A stretch of DNA of 64,000 bases. Origin: Oceanispirochaeta sp. Its GTDB lineage: Bacteria; Spirochaetota; Spirochaetia; DSM-2461. Positions 28,285-38,923 of this stretch are shown here, piece after piece. Below the pieces are notes generated by a model that was given only the letters and a program-made list of their open reading frames with translations, was not told the origin of the DNA and ran no database searches. Position numbers and translations under genes: made by a program. Location: positions 384,001 to 448,000 of the forward strand of contig CAXXXD010000004.1 in the NCBI GenBank assembly GCA_963663385.2, in the 5' to 3' direction. Position 1 is the first letter of the stretch. The number at the start of each line of letters is the position of its first letter.

Positions 28285-28878
28285 TTATCCAATGAAAGAA
28301 CCTTCATTAATTTCCCGCTGCCGAACCGTTTCTGAATCCCCCGAAGTGTATTCGATTGGAAACAGACCGGACAGGTAACGGAAGAACTCTTTTCCAGATA
28401 TTTTTTCTCCCGAAAGGAATTGTCTGCTTGCTTCTATTAATGGCTCATATTTATCAAATGCCGAAAGATGAGGGCGCGCCTGCAGCCATTCCAGAAAAGA
28501 ACGGATCTCTCCTGCATAGATCTTACTATCGGCCAGTATCCCCTGTATGTACCCCTGCATCCGCACCAGGTCGCAGCTGTATGAATTCTCTTCCTCTTCG
28601 CAGGCTCCGTATTCTCTGCAGAATTCATGAATAAACTGTCTGTCTTCTTTCTGCAAAATCTGGCAATCCATTACTGAGTCAAGCATCCGAACCAGGTCTC
28701 CCGCCGGGTGATGCCGGATCTTTTCGTAATTGAGCCTCTTCCATTTCTTCAGCATTTCAAGTTCTTTCTGATTGATAATGTCATCAGCAGTAATGCCATG
28801 GAGCAGCCCTTCCAGGGACAGGAGCGCTTTGGTCAATTCGGAAAGGGATGCGTCGGTATTCATACTTTCAAGATACAA
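28285..28878 (-). CDS. Hypothetical helical protein with an internal duplication
   Basis: Two copies of an 'xGxxxGIxADxxIxxxExxxxxxW' motif. Confidence 0.7.
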   Translation of the reverse strand: MYLESMNTDASLSELTKALLSLEGLLHGITADDIINQKELEMLKKWKRLNYEKIRHHPAGDLVRMLDSVMDCQILQKEDRQFIHEFCREYGACEEEENSYSCDLVRMQGYIQGILADSKIYAGEIRSFLEWLQARPHLSAFDKYEPLIEASRQFLSGEKISGKEFFRYLSGLFPIEYTSGDSETVRQREINEGSFIG

Positions 28879-28949
28879 TAATTAAGTGGTCAAGGGTAGA
28901 AAAATATAGGGGAATCGGCTCTTTCTGGTAAAAATATATCAATTGGCTC

Positions 28950-28978
28950 TTGATTTGAAAGGAGATCTGAAATACAAT
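28950..28978 (+). promoter_or_regulatory. Sigma70-type promoter of the dehydrogenase operon
   Basis: TTGATT-17 bp-TACAAT. Confidence 0.6.
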
Positions 28979-29041
28979 CGAAAGCAAATAGAAAGTTAAA
29001 TGTAAATCAATGCAAGGAAATACAGAAGTAAGGAGAGGTTC

Positions 29042-30412
29042 ATGGCGGAAATAGTTGTCATGCCGAAAGCAGGTAACTCGGTAGAGTCCTGTATCATACT
29101 TGAATGGTCTAAACAGGAAGGGGATACCGTAAAAATCGGAGATATCCTTTGTGAGGCGGAAACGGATAAAGCAACTGTTTCTGTGGAATCTACGGCGGAA
29201 GGCGTTTTGCTTAAGCAGCTTTATCAGGTGGATGATGATGTTCCCGTTATGCTGCCATTGGCAGTCGTCGGGGCGGAGGGAGAAGATATCTCTTCCATTC
29301 TGGCAGATGTACAGACATCCGGGGCTGCTGATGCTCCAGTCGAAAAACCTGTCGTGTCAGATGCGGCTCCTTCTGTGGAAGCGGCTCCTCCTGTTGAATC
29401 AAAGGCTGCTGCAGACGGAGAATCCGGCGGATTCGCTTCGCCCCGTGCCCGCAACCTGGCCGCTGCCAAAGGGATAAATCTGGCCGCCCTGGCCGGTTCC
29501 GGTCCGGAAGGCCGCATAATAGAACGGGATGTTCTGTCTGCCATGGAAGGGCAGGCGGCCCTTACTCCCGCTGCTCTGGAAGAGATGATCCGGAACGGGA
29601 AATCCGCTCCGGCACGTGGTACGGGACTGGGCGGACGAGTTCTGAAGTCGGATCTGGCCGAAGCGGCACCTGTTTCCACTGTTTCTGCTGCTGCCGGCAG
29701 CGTCGTCAGCTTCCCCGGACCTGCAGAAGATATAAAAGTAAAAGGGGTTAGAAAGATTACCGCATCCAGGATGCTGGAATCACTTCAGGAAACAGCCCAG
29801 CTTACAATGAATACATCCGCCGATGCCACCCGTATCCTGGCAATGAGGAAACGGCTGAAAGAGTCTCCTGAAGAGATGGGGCTGCAGAAAATTACCATAA
29901 ACGATCTGGTTATGCTTGTAACGGCCCGTACACTGAAAGACTTCCCGGAGCTGAACGCTCACTGGCTGGGCGATACAATCCGCCGGTTCGACAGCGTGCA
30001 TCTGGGATGCGCCGTGGATACGCCCCGGGGGCTTATGGTCCCGGTTGTCCGTTTTGCCGATACCCTCAGCCTGAAGGGAATGGGCGGGGAGACCAAACGC
30101 CTGTTCGGCAAGTGTCTGGAAGGGCAGGTTGATCCGGAGGAACTGACAGGGGGTACCTTTACCATTACCAACCTGGGAGCTATGGGAATCGAGAGCTTTA
30201 CGCCTGTTCTGAATAAACCGGAAGTGGGTATCCTCGGTGTCTGTACCATTCAGCCCAAACCTGTGATGAAGGGAGACGATGTCTCCTTTGTTCCCCATAT
30301 GGGACTCTCCCTGACGTTTGATCATCAGGCGACAGACGGCGCTCCAGCCGGACGTTTCCTGAAAGCCCTGGTTTCCAATCTGGAAAATATCGACCTGATG
30401 CTGGCGCTGTAA
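29042..30412 (+). CDS. 2-oxoacid dehydrogenase E2 (dihydrolipoamide acyltransferase)
   Basis: Lipoyl motif 'ETDKAT', E3-binding 'ASPRARNLA...GSGPEGRI', catalytic 'GTFTITNLG' and 'FDHQATDG'. Confidence 0.95.
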   Translation: MAEIVVMPKAGNSVESCIILEWSKQEGDTVKIGDILCEAETDKATVSVESTAEGVLLKQLYQVDDDVPVMLPLAVVGAEGEDISSILADVQTSGAADAPVEKPVVSDAAPSVEAAPPVESKAAADGESGGFASPRARNLAAAKGINLAALAGSGPEGRIIERDVLSAMEGQAALTPAALEEMIRNGKSAPARGTGLGGRVLKSDLAEAAPVSTVSAAAGSVVSFPGPAEDIKVKGVRKITASRMLESLQETAQLTMNTSADATRILAMRKRLKESPEEMGLQKITINDLVMLVTARTLKDFPELNAHWLGDTIRRFDSVHLGCAVDTPRGLMVPVVRFADTLSLKGMGGETKRLFGKCLEGQVDPEELTGGTFTITNLGAMGIESFTPVLNKPEVGILGVCTIQPKPVMKGDDVSFVPHMGLSLTFDHQATDGAPAGRFLKALVSNLENIDLMLAL

Positions 30413-30424
30413 GGACAGAAGAAT

Positions 30425-31759
30425 ATGGATAAATACGATCTGATAGTAATCGGGGCCGGACCGGGAGGCTATATTGCTGCCGAAAGAGCCGGTCATGCGG
30501 GACTGAAGGTTCTGATAATCGAGAAAGAGAATTTTGGAGGGGTTTGTACCAACTGCGGGTGTATTCCCACCAAAAGCCTTCTGAACTCTTCCAAGCTCTA
30601 TAAAAAAGCCCTGCACAGCGAATCCTTCGGCGTTACAGCCGAAAATGTACAGTTCAGTCTGGAAAAGGCCATGGCCCACAAGCAGGATACCATCGAAACC
30701 CTCAGGAAGGGGATTGCCTTTCTGATGAAAAAGAACAACGTCGATGTTGTTATGGCCGAAGCGGAAGTTACTGCCCCGGATACGGTTGTAGCGGACGGAA
30801 AAACCTATACCTGTGACAACCTGATAGTCGCGACCGGTTCGGAAGCCTTTGTTCCTCCCATTCCGGGAGCGGATCTGCCCCATGTTCTGGATAACAGGGG
30901 CATTCTGGAAATCGAAAAACTGCCGGAAAATCTTGTGATCATCGGCGGCGGTGTGATCGGTGTGGAGTTTGCCTCTTTTTTCAGTAACATAGGTGTTAAA
31001 GTATCCGTTGTGGAAATGATGGATGAGATTATTCCCCTGATGGACGCGGATTTTTCGAAAGCCCTGAGAAAGGGGCTGGAAAAAGTGGATTTTCACCTGA
31101 AGGCGAAAGTTACGAAAATCGATGATCGGAAAGTCTATTTTGAAAAAGACGGAAATGAAACAGCTCTGGATGCGGATATGGTTCTGATGGCCGTAGGCCG
31201 GCGTCCCCTTACGATGGGGCTGGAGAAGATCGGTCTTGATGTGGCGCCCCAGGGAATCCGTGTGGATGAACAGATGAGGACCAATCTGCCGGGCGTATTC
31301 GCCATCGGTGATGTGAACGGCAAGTCCCTGCTGGCTCATTCCGCTTCCCGCATGGGAGAAGTGGCGGTTAATACCATACTGGGACAGCAGGACCGGATGC
31401 GCTATGCCGCTGTCCCCTGGGCTGTCTATACGGATCCCGAGGCCGCCGGCTGCGGACTGACCGAAAAGGATGCCAGGGAGCAGGGGTATGAGGTAAAAAC
31501 AGCCGCCGTGCCCATGCGGGCCAACGGCCGTTTCCTGGCGGAATCGGGAAAGAAAGCTCCCGGAATGTGCAAGGTCGTTGTAGACGGAGACAGCGGAGAG
31601 ATTCTGGGAATCCATCTGTTGGGATCCTACAGCTCCGAGATCATACACAGCGCCGCACTTATGCTGGAAATGGAACTGCGGGTTCAGGATGTGAAGGAAA
31701 TTATTTTTCCCCATCCTTCTATATCAGAGATAATAAAAGACACTTTGTGGGAATTGTAA
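30425..31759 (+). CDS. lpdA: Dihydrolipoamide dehydrogenase E3
   Basis: 'GAGPGG', 'GGVCTNCGCIPTK', 'GGGVIG', 'HPSISE'. Confidence 0.95.
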   Translation: MDKYDLIVIGAGPGGYIAAERAGHAGLKVLIIEKENFGGVCTNCGCIPTKSLLNSSKLYKKALHSESFGVTAENVQFSLEKAMAHKQDTIETLRKGIAFLMKKNNVDVVMAEAEVTAPDTVVADGKTYTCDNLIVATGSEAFVPPIPGADLPHVLDNRGILEIEKLPENLVIIGGGVIGVEFASFFSNIGVKVSVVEMMDEIIPLMDADFSKALRKGLEKVDFHLKAKVTKIDDRKVYFEKDGNETALDADMVLMAVGRRPLTMGLEKIGLDVAPQGIRVDEQMRTNLPGVFAIGDVNGKSLLAHSASRMGEVAVNTILGQQDRMRYAAVPWAVYTDPEAAGCGLTEKDAREQGYEVKTAAVPMRANGRFLAESGKKAPGMCKVVVDGDSGEILGIHLLGSYSSEIIHSAALMLEMELRVQDVKEIIFPHPSISEIIKDTLWEL

Positions 31760-31771
31760 GGAGATTAAATA

Positions 31772-34231
31772 ATGGCACAGCAAATTACGGTAGATCCTAA
31801 AGCGGTTAGAAAACCTGATGTTATTAAACTGAAAGATATCCCTGTAAACCAGTACAAGGGCGATATCAAGAACGAAATAAAGAAATACGGCAAAGACGGA
31901 CTGAAGAGAGCCTATTACGATATGCTCATTATCCGGGAATTCGAATCCATGCTCAACTCCATTAAAAAGGAGGGGCATTATCAGGGCATCGAATATAATC
32001 ACAGAGGTCCCGCCCATCTGGCCATCGGACAGGAATCAGCCTATGTCGGACAGGCTCTGGCCCTTGATACGGATGACTTTATCTTTGGTTCCCACCGTTC
32101 TCACGGTGAAATCCTGGCAAAATGTTTTAAAGCCGTTCACGCCATGGAAGAGGGCAGACTGACCTCTGTAATGGAATCCTTTATGGAAGGGGATACTCTG
32201 AAGGTCGTTCAGGATCATAATAGCGGCGAAAACGTACGTGATACGGCGGAAAACTTTGTTCTCTACGGAGCCCTGGCAGAAATTTTTGCCCGTAAAGCCG
32301 GTTTCAGCCGCGGTCTCGGCGGTTCCATGCATACCTTTTTTGCTCCCTTCGGAAGCATGCCCAACAATGCCATTGTAGGCGGTTCCGGCGATGTTGCTCT
32401 GGGTGCGGCTCTTTTCAAAAGGGTAAACAGAAAGAAGGGGATTGTTATTGCCAATATCGGTGACGGATCCCTGGCCTGCGGTCCTGTATGGGAAGGCCTG
32501 ATGATGGCCGCTATGGACCAGTACAAGACCCTCTGGGACAAGGACCTGGGCGGTATGCCCCCCTACCTGCTGAATGTTTTCAACAACTTCTACGCCATGG
32601 GCGGACAGCCTGTCGGCGAAACCATGGGATTCGGAACAGCCGCCCGTCTGGGGGCCGGTGTGAATCCCGATAATATGCACGCCGAACGGGTGGACGGATT
32701 CAATCCCCTGGCCGTAGCGGAAGCCACCGCACGGAAGAAGGATATCCTTCTGAGGGGTGATGGTCCCGCCCTGCTGGATACCATCACCTACCGGCTTTCC
32801 GGTCACTCTCCTTCTGATGCTTCCTCCTACAGGAGCAAGGAAGAGATGGATGCCTTTGCGGCTATGGACTGTATCGTTGAGTTCGGAGACTACCTGAAAG
32901 CCGGAAAAGTGGCTACCCAGAAAGAGCTGGATGCCATGAAAGAGAAGGTCGTGAACAAGATTGCCACGACCATGAAACTGGCCATTGATGACAGGATCAG
33001 CCCCCATGTGGACGGTCAGTTTATCGAGTCCGTTATGTTCTCCGGCGGCAATGTTCCCAAAATGGAAGAGGGAGAAGCGGAAGTGCTCCAGCCTCTGGAA
33101 GAGAATCCCCGGGTTATACAGCTTAAAAGGAAAGCCCGTTATGCCTTTGATGAAAACGGCAAGAAACTGCCCGCTTCCAAAACCTATGCCTTCCGGGACG
33201 GAATCTTTGAAGCCATGGCCCACCGTTTTACAGAAGACCCCACCATGATTGCCTATGGTGAGGACGTAAGGGACTGGGGCGGCGCCTTTGCCTGTTACAG
33301 AGGCCTGACCGAGCTGCTGCCATACCACAGATTTTTCAACTCACCCATTTCCGAAGCCTCCATTGTGGGCAGTGCGGTCGGATACGCCATGGCCGGCGGC
33401 CGTGCCGTTGTGGAACTGATGTACTGCGACTTCCTGGGCAGAGCGGGAGATGAAGTATTCAACCAGATGCCCAAATGGCAGTCCATGTCGGCCGGCGTTC
33501 TGAAAATGCCTCTGGTCCTTCGTGTGTCCGTGGGAGCCAAATACGGTGCCCAGCACTCTCAGGACTGGTCTGCTCTCTGTGCGCACATCCCGGGACTGAA
33601 GGTCATGTTCCCCGCTACTCCCTACGATGCGAAGGGTATGCTGAACCTGGCTCTGAGAGGAACCGATCCTGTTATCTTCCTGGAAAGCCAGAAAGTGTAT
33701 GGTGAACCGGAAATGTTTGAAAAAGACGGTGTTCCCGAAGGATACTATGAAGTCCCCGAAGGAGAACCGGCTGTCAGAAAAGAGGGTAATGACCTGACGA
33801 TCATGTCTATTGGTGCCACCCTTTATCCCGCGATGGATGCGGCGAAAGAGCTGGAAGAGAAATATGGTCTGTCTGTAGAAGTCATCGATCTCCGCTTCCT
33901 GAACCCTCTGAACTACGAACCTCTGGTGGAATCCATTAAGAAAACAGGGCGTTGTGTGCTGGTTTCCGATGCCACTGAGCGGGGCGCCTTTACCCATAAT
34001 ATCGCTTCCAACCTGACCAGGCTGGCCTTTGATTACCTGGATGCCCCTCCTGTTGTTGTGGGATCCAGAAACTGGATTTCTCCTCCTGCGGAGATGGAAG
34101 AGATCTTCTTTCCCCAGGTTTCCTGGATTGTGGATGCGGTCCACGAACAGGTTATGCCCCTGGCCGGTCACAAGGTAGAAACCGTTCAGACCAACGGCGA
34201 CTGGGTAAGACGGCTCAGAGAAGGTGTTTAA
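31772..34231 (+). CDS. Fused E1 alpha/beta ThDP-dependent 2-oxoacid dehydrogenase (substrate unknown)
   Basis: Alpha part: 'GQES', 'SHRSHG', 'GDG...NN', '[10 protein letters not shown]'. Beta part: 'GEDV', 'SPISEA', 'AQHSQ', 'LDAPP'. Confidence 0.93.
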   Translation: MAQQITVDPKAVRKPDVIKLKDIPVNQYKGDIKNEIKKYGKDGLKRAYYDMLIIREFESMLNSIKKEGHYQGIEYNHRGPAHLAIGQESAYVGQALALDTDDFIFGSHRSHGEILAKCFKAVHAMEEGRLTSVMESFMEGDTLKVVQDHNSGENVRDTAENFVLYGALAEIFARKAGFSRGLGGSMHTFFAPFGSMPNNAIVGGSGDVALGAALFKRVNRKKGIVIANIGDGSLACGPVWEGLMMAAMDQYKTLWDKDLGGMPPYLLNVFNNFYAMGGQPVGETMGFGTAARLGAGVNPDNMHAERVDGFNPLAVAEATARKKDILLRGDGPALLDTITYRLSGHSPSDASSYRSKEEMDAFAAMDCIVEFGDYLKAGKVATQKELDAMKEKVVNKIATTMKLAIDDRISPHVDGQFIESVMFSGGNVPKMEEGEAEVLQPLEENPRVIQLKRKARYAFDENGKKLPASKTYAFRDGIFEAMAHRFTEDPTMIAYGEDVRDWGGAFACYRGLTELLPYHRFFNSPISEASIVGSAVGYAMAGGRAVVELMYCDFLGRAGDEVFNQMPKWQSMSAGVLKMPLVLRVSVGAKYGAQHSQDWSALCAHIPGLKVMFPATPYDAKGMLNLALRGTDPVIFLESQKVYGEPEMFEKDGVPEGYYEVPEGEPAVRKEGNDLTIMSIGATLYPAMDAAKELEEKYGLSVEVIDLRFLNPLNYEPLVESIKKTGRCVLVSDATERGAFTHNIASNLTRLAFDYLDAPPVVVGSRNWISPPAEMEEIFFPQVSWIVDAVHEQVMPLAGHKVETVQTNGDWVRRLREGV

Positions 34232-34267
34232 ACAGGAGACATTGCGTTCTTCCTTTGAATAGATTTG

Positions 34268-34316
34268 TGTAGCTTCTGGCCCCGGGGTTCCTCCTTTTCC
34301 CGGGGCCGCTTTTATT
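34268..34316 (+). repeat. 49-bp direct repeat, copy 1, containing a terminator-like hairpin after the E1 gene
   Basis: TGTAGCTTCTGGCCCCGGGGTTCCTCCTTTTCCCGGGGCCGCTTTTATT, identical to 49095-49143. Confidence 0.97.
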
Positions 34317-34469
34317 CGGAATAAGGGTAAATACCCCGAGGTTTTGTCCACGGTCGCATGGGCGAGCAACAAACGAAGTTTTTGGCCAGCCTTGTGATAC
34401 AATTGGTTCGAGGATTCTCTTAATTATTAGTTGAGAACTTTATTCTTTCAGTGAACTCTGGTAAAATAT

Positions 34470-34486
34470 ATGAAAATTATTTGCAT
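34470..34486. promoter_or_regulatory. Candidate LacI-family operator
   Basis: Imperfect palindrome ATGAAAATTATTTGCAT, with related copies at 40334-40350 and 40355-40371. Confidence 0.5.
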
Positions 34487-34498
34487 AAAGGCAGAGAA

Positions 34499-35512
34499 AT
34501 GATTACGTTGAAAGATATTGCCGAAGTTGCCGGAGTTTCTATCAGTACTGTTTCCCGTGTTATGAATAATAAAAGTACAATCAGTGAGGATACGAAAAAA
34601 CGCATACTCAGTGCTGCTCAGGAGTTGAAATTCAAGCAGGGGATTGTATCCCAGATAAATACGGAAAGAACATTTACTATTGGTATCATTATTCCGCAAA
34701 AGGGTGAGTATTATCATAACGATCCCCATACATCTCCAGATATACGATCTTTATTGGGAGCCTTTGATCATGCCGGTCATAAGGTCCATATCTTTCATTA
34801 TAATGAGGCTCAGACACAACCGGATTCCTTTATTGGGAAACTTGTTGATAAAGGGGTTGAAGGGATCCTTCTGTCTGATCCTCTGACAGATACCCGTCTG
34901 CCGGATAACCTTATGGCAGCAGCAATTCCTTTTGTTGTTACCAATGGAATCTATGACTCGAATGAGTTTTTTCAGATTGATTTTGATAACTACAATGGAA
35001 TGCGTAAGATATTCTCCCTGGTACTGGAAAAGGGGCATCGGGATATTGGTATAATTTCCGGTCCTCTGGATCATTTGGTTACAAGAAACCGGCTTGATGC
35101 CATTCAGGATGAACTGAATGAACGGGGGATAGGGCTGGACAAATCCTGTTACAGATCTGGTCCATTCAGCCTGGAAAGCGGGTTTGCTCTGGCGGGTGAT
35201 TTACTTAAGGAAAAACCGGATCTGACTGTGCTTGTGTGTTTAAGCGACTATATTGCCATGGGTGCCATTAAATCTGCTCTTGAAATGGGGTATTCGGTTC
35301 CTGATAAATTATCCGTTACGGGGTTTGATGATATTGAGATGGCAAGTTATATGAATCCTCCCCTGACGACGGTTCATCGTTTTGATCCGGATGCGGCTAT
35401 CCTGATAGCTCAAGCCCTGATACAGGCCATCGAGTATGGGGCCTATATCAGTAACGGGAGAGTTCTGCTGAAAACGCCAGTTATTGAGCGGGTTTCGCTG
35501 AAGTCTTACTAA
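34499..35512 (+). CDS. LacI-family transcriptional regulator
   Basis: 'MITLKDIAEVAGVSISTVSRVMN' and 'SVTGFDDI...PPLTTV'. Confidence 0.95.
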   Translation: MITLKDIAEVAGVSISTVSRVMNNKSTISEDTKKRILSAAQELKFKQGIVSQINTERTFTIGIIIPQKGEYYHNDPHTSPDIRSLLGAFDHAGHKVHIFHYNEAQTQPDSFIGKLVDKGVEGILLSDPLTDTRLPDNLMAAAIPFVVTNGIYDSNEFFQIDFDNYNGMRKIFSLVLEKGHRDIGIISGPLDHLVTRNRLDAIQDELNERGIGLDKSCYRSGPFSLESGFALAGDLLKEKPDLTVLVCLSDYIAMGAIKSALEMGYSVPDKLSVTGFDDIEMASYMNPPLTTVHRFDPDAAILIAQALIQAIEYGAYISNGRVLLKTPVIERVSLKSY

Positions 35513-35582
35513 GGATCAAGGATAGAGCTGAACAAATAGTTTCTTTTTGTCAAGAATTTTGTTAAATCCATTGAAAAACGAA

Positions 35583-35616
35583 AAAAATACCCGCCTGGCT
35601 GCAGGCGGGTATTTTT
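35583..35616. terminator. Bidirectional intrinsic terminator
   Basis: AAAAATACCCGCCTG-GCTG-CAGGCGGGTATTTTT between convergent genes. Confidence 0.88.
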
Positions 35617-35643
35617 CATTTTGAAAGATTATTCATATATTAT

Positions 35644-37062
35644 TTAATAAGCCGCTTCAATATCGTCAATCAGTTTCTTAAGGCCTACTTTATCAGCGCC
35701 TTTAACAAAATCGCTCCAGTCGGAATCGGAGTTGATATCCCTTACACCTGTTACAAACTTGGCAACATTATCCTGAATATAGCTGGCTACTTCAGGTTTA
35801 TACTGTTCAAATACTTCGGAGGCGTATTCCACCAGTCTGGGGTCCTGAATAGCCACTTCATCATCGGCCTTGCTCAATCCTTTTGCCACTGTTGGATGTA
35901 CTTTATCCCAGTTGGGAACGATCTGTCCTATCCATTCCGCCCAGGTATGATCCCCGTGACCGCCTCCGGCGTTATCCCAGCCTTCGGTTCTAGTGGCCAT
36001 GGCCAGAGATTCGGCGCTCTTCATTTCATTCAGGAACTGGAGAGTGTAGTCCTCCCGTCCATTGGCAGAAACAATCCAGGATTTATAGTATCCTGTGGAT
36101 CCTCCCCGGGCAGAGGATTTCGGTCCTCTGGGAGCAAATTCAAAGGTGTCAATCTCTCCGTTCGGATTAGCTTCGTAAAAGCTGGTGGCAATTGTATCGG
36201 CGTGGGGGCTGTTTCCTATCAACATGGCAGATTCACCCTGAACAAACTTCTGGATGGCTGTTACACGGTCCATGGCAAAGATTTCCTGATCAAGGATGTT
36301 GGTCTCATACATGTAGTTGAGCATTCTGATGGAATCCCTGTAATCATCGGACATTTCAACAGCGTTCCAGTTCCCGGAAGCATCAGGTTTGAGACAGGGG
36401 GCATTCCACTGAACCGGCATGGTTCCCGTATAGGCTGACGGGAAGGCTGTAAGGGGGCCCCAGGAGCCATAGGCGGTAAAACCGACGGCGTCATTTTCTG
36501 AGGCTTCCATAAGGGCTTTGGCGAATTCAGTAAAATCCTCCATATCGGGTTTATAGCTGACTCCGGCTTTGTCCGCCCAGTCCTTTCTGTAGAGCCAGTA
36601 CCAACCGTAGGCTTTCATTCTTCTGGCAGGCAGTCTGTAATATCCATCGTCTTCCTTAAAAAAGGTGCCGTAAAGTTTTTCAACTTCCCTGATTTCAGCC
36701 TGCAGGTTGCTCAGGCCCAATCTTTCCGCCCCTTTGCTGATATTGGCGAACAGTCCGCCGTTATACCCGTCGTTATAAGGCTCAACATCTTCTATAAAAA
36801 ACAGGTCGGGAAGATCTCCAGCGGCCATTCTCGTCGCCACAAGATTCCTTTGTTCCGCATTGGGGGCAACATTGTATTTAAGCACGGTCCCGGTTTTCTC
36901 TCCGATTGCATTGGCAAGCTCCATTTCCTGTTCAGAAAGCTCCCACTGGGCCAGGAACTCGATTTCTACCGGACCTTCAGGAATATCCTGCTGTCCGTTG
37001 GCGAATAAACCGGTTGATACGATCAGACTGCTCAGCAGCAAGGATCCCAAAATCTTTTTCAT
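35644..37062 (-). CDS. Oligosaccharide ABC substrate-binding protein (LplA-like)
   Basis: Signal 'LFANGQQD', 'AAGDLPDLF', 'YRKDWADKAG' and C-terminal 'FVTGVRDI'. Confidence 0.88.
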   Translation of the reverse strand: MKKILGSLLLSSLIVSTGLFANGQQDIPEGPVEIEFLAQWELSEQEMELANAIGEKTGTVLKYNVAPNAEQRNLVATRMAAGDLPDLFFIEDVEPYNDGYNGGLFANISKGAERLGLSNLQAEIREVEKLYGTFFKEDDGYYRLPARRMKAYGWYWLYRKDWADKAGVSYKPDMEDFTEFAKALMEASENDAVGFTAYGSWGPLTAFPSAYTGTMPVQWNAPCLKPDASGNWNAVEMSDDYRDSIRMLNYMYETNILDQEIFAMDRVTAIQKFVQGESAMLIGNSPHADTIATSFYEANPNGEIDTFEFAPRGPKSSARGGSTGYYKSWIVSANGREDYTLQFLNEMKSAESLAMATRTEGWDNAGGGHGDHTWAEWIGQIVPNWDKVHPTVAKGLSKADDEVAIQDPRLVEYASEVFEQYKPEVASYIQDNVAKFVTGVRDINSDSDWSDFVKGADKVGLKKLIDDIEAAY

Positions 37063-37139
37063 ATAAATCCTCCAATTTTTACTGAAACCTCCCGGGAATC
37101 AGCATCATTCAAAATATCCATAACCGTTTAAAACGGAAA

Positions 37140-37994
37140 TTACCCTTTTATGGAGCCGATCAGGGCTCCCTTGATGAAGTACTTCTGCAGGAAGGGGTAT
37201 ACCATGATGATAGGTGTGATCCCTATTGTAATGGCCGTAAATCGTAAAACTGTATCCAGGGGTTTGCTTCCTGTCTGGGCTGCATCGACAGCCAGTTGTT
37301 CCGTAACAAGCAGGCGGTAAAGGTAGTCCTGTATGGTTTTTTTTTCATTGTCTGTTACAAAGAAGACCGACGGCAGCATCAGATTCCAGTAATTTACCGC
37401 TATAAAAAGTCCTACAGCCGCCAGGATGGCTTTGGAGAGGGGCAGTACTATCCTGAAATAGATGGCGTACTCATTCAGGCCGTCAATCCGAGCCGCTTCC
37501 ATCAGCTCCGAAGGGAACATCATGAAGTTACTCCGCAGAATAATGACATAGAAGGGCGCTATAAGGATGACCAGAATAAGAACCATCCTGGTATTGATGA
37601 GCCCCAGCGTCTTGAAATTGATATAGTTCGGTATTAGGCCGGGATAGATGAACATGGTGGCAACAACCAGCACAACAAAGAATTTCTGTCCCGGAAATTT
37701 CTTTGATAAACCATAGGCGGTCATTGTTGTAAAAAAGAGGCTGCAAACAGTACCAATGGCCGTTATATAGATTGTATTGGCCAGATACTTCATGGTATCC
37801 GTTTCCAGAATCATATATTTAAAGTTTTCAAGAGTCGGTCTTTTGGGATAGAACATCAGATTCTTTCCCAGAAACTCGGCTCCCGTCATAAAGGACGCCA
37901 TTACCACATGCCAGAAGGGGTACATCATCACCAGGCATATGAGTATCAGGAGTGAATAGTTGATTGAGTCAAAAAGGGTTACTTTGATTTTCAT
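37140..37994 (-). CDS. ABC permease (LplC-like)
   Basis: 'ELMEAARIDG' and 'YPFLQKYFIKGALIGSIKG'. Confidence 0.92.
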   Translation of the reverse strand: MKIKVTLFDSINYSLLILICLVMMYPFWHVVMASFMTGAEFLGKNLMFYPKRPTLENFKYMILETDTMKYLANTIYITAIGTVCSLFFTTMTAYGLSKKFPGQKFFVVLVVATMFIYPGLIPNYINFKTLGLINTRMVLILVILIAPFYVIILRSNFMMFPSELMEAARIDGLNEYAIYFRIVLPLSKAILAAVGLFIAVNYWNLMLPSVFFVTDNEKKTIQDYLYRLLVTEQLAVDAAQTGSKPLDTVLRFTAITIGITPIIMVYPFLQKYFIKGALIGSIKG

Positions 37995-38923
37995 TAGAAG
38001 ACTCCTTCCTGTCCGACTTTTTTCGCGGCTCGGTCGGAAACAAAGACAAGAATGAAGGCAATTGCCGAATTGAAAAGTCCTGCCGCTGCCGCAAAGCTGT
38101 AGCGATATTTCACAAGCCCCCTGTACCAGACAAAGTACTGGAGTACCAGTCCCTGATCCTTCAGCAGAGGATTGTATAGAACAAGGATCTGTTCAAATCC
38201 GGTATTGAACATGTTACCCAGTCGGATAATCAGCATGACGATGATGACATGCATAATGCTGGGGATTGTAATGTGACGGATCTGCTCGAGCCGGTTGGCC
38301 CCGTCGATCATGGCACTCTCATAGAGGGCTGGGCTAATGCCGGACATGGTAGCCAGATAGATAATCGTTCCCCATCCGATCTCCTTCCATATGGCGGAAA
38401 TGACCAGAATCCCCCTGAAGAACTTCGGGTCGATAAGAAAACCCACCGGATCAATACCGACCATCCCGAGCAGTTCGTTCACCAGACCTCCCTGAACGGA
38501 GAGAAAGCTTCTCAGTATTCCGCCGATTACGATCCAGGATATAAAGTGGGGAAGATAGACAATCGTCTGAGTCACTTTCTTGAAGGGCATGGATTTCACT
38601 TCATTCAGCATAACCGCCAGAATGATCGGTGCAGGGAACCCGAACAGGATCAGGTAGAAGTTAATAACCAGGGTGTTTTTAACCGCAAGAAGAAAATCCG
38701 GTGATTCGAACAGCTGCCTGAAGTATTTTAAACCCACCCAGGCGCTGTCGCTGACTGCTTTTGTTACTTTATAGTTTCTGAAGGCAACCTGAATAAAGTA
38801 AACCGGAAAATAGCGGATTACAATAAAGTAGATAATTCCCGGTATGATAAAGACGTAATACTCTTTTTTTCTAAGCATTTCATTTATTATTGTCGAACTG
38901 GTTTTTTGTAACGGGTTATTCAA
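37994..38923 (-). CDS. ABC permease (LplB-like)
   Basis: 'YLPHFISW', 'WKEIGWGTIIYLA', 'LYESAMIDGANR'. Confidence 0.92.
   Translation of the reverse strand: MNNPLQKTSSTIINEMLRKKEYYVFIIPGIIYFIVIRYFPVYFIQVAFRNYKVTKAVSDSAWVGLKYFRQLFESPDFLLAVKNTLVINFYLILFGFPAPIILAVMLNEVKSMPFKKVTQTIVYLPHFISWIVIGGILRSFLSVQGGLVNELLGMVGIDPVGFLIDPKFFRGILVISAIWKEIGWGTIIYLATMSGISPALYESAMIDGANRLEQIRHITIPSIMHVIIVMLIIRLGNMFNTGFEQILVLYNPLLKDQGLVLQYFVWYRGLVKYRYSFAAAAGLFNSAIAFILVFVSDRAAKKVGQEGVF

Noticed and set aside
28944..28959. TGGCTC-N5-TTGAA as a sigma54 promoter for the dehydrogenase operon
   Set aside because: Both boxes mismatch, and an overlapping TTGATT-17-TACAAT sigma70 promoter fits better.
29780..31714. 644-aa antisense ORF over E2/E3 (also 32036-33328 and 33341-34402 over E1)
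   Set aside because: These are shadow frames of strongly codon-biased genes, with no motifs or RBS.
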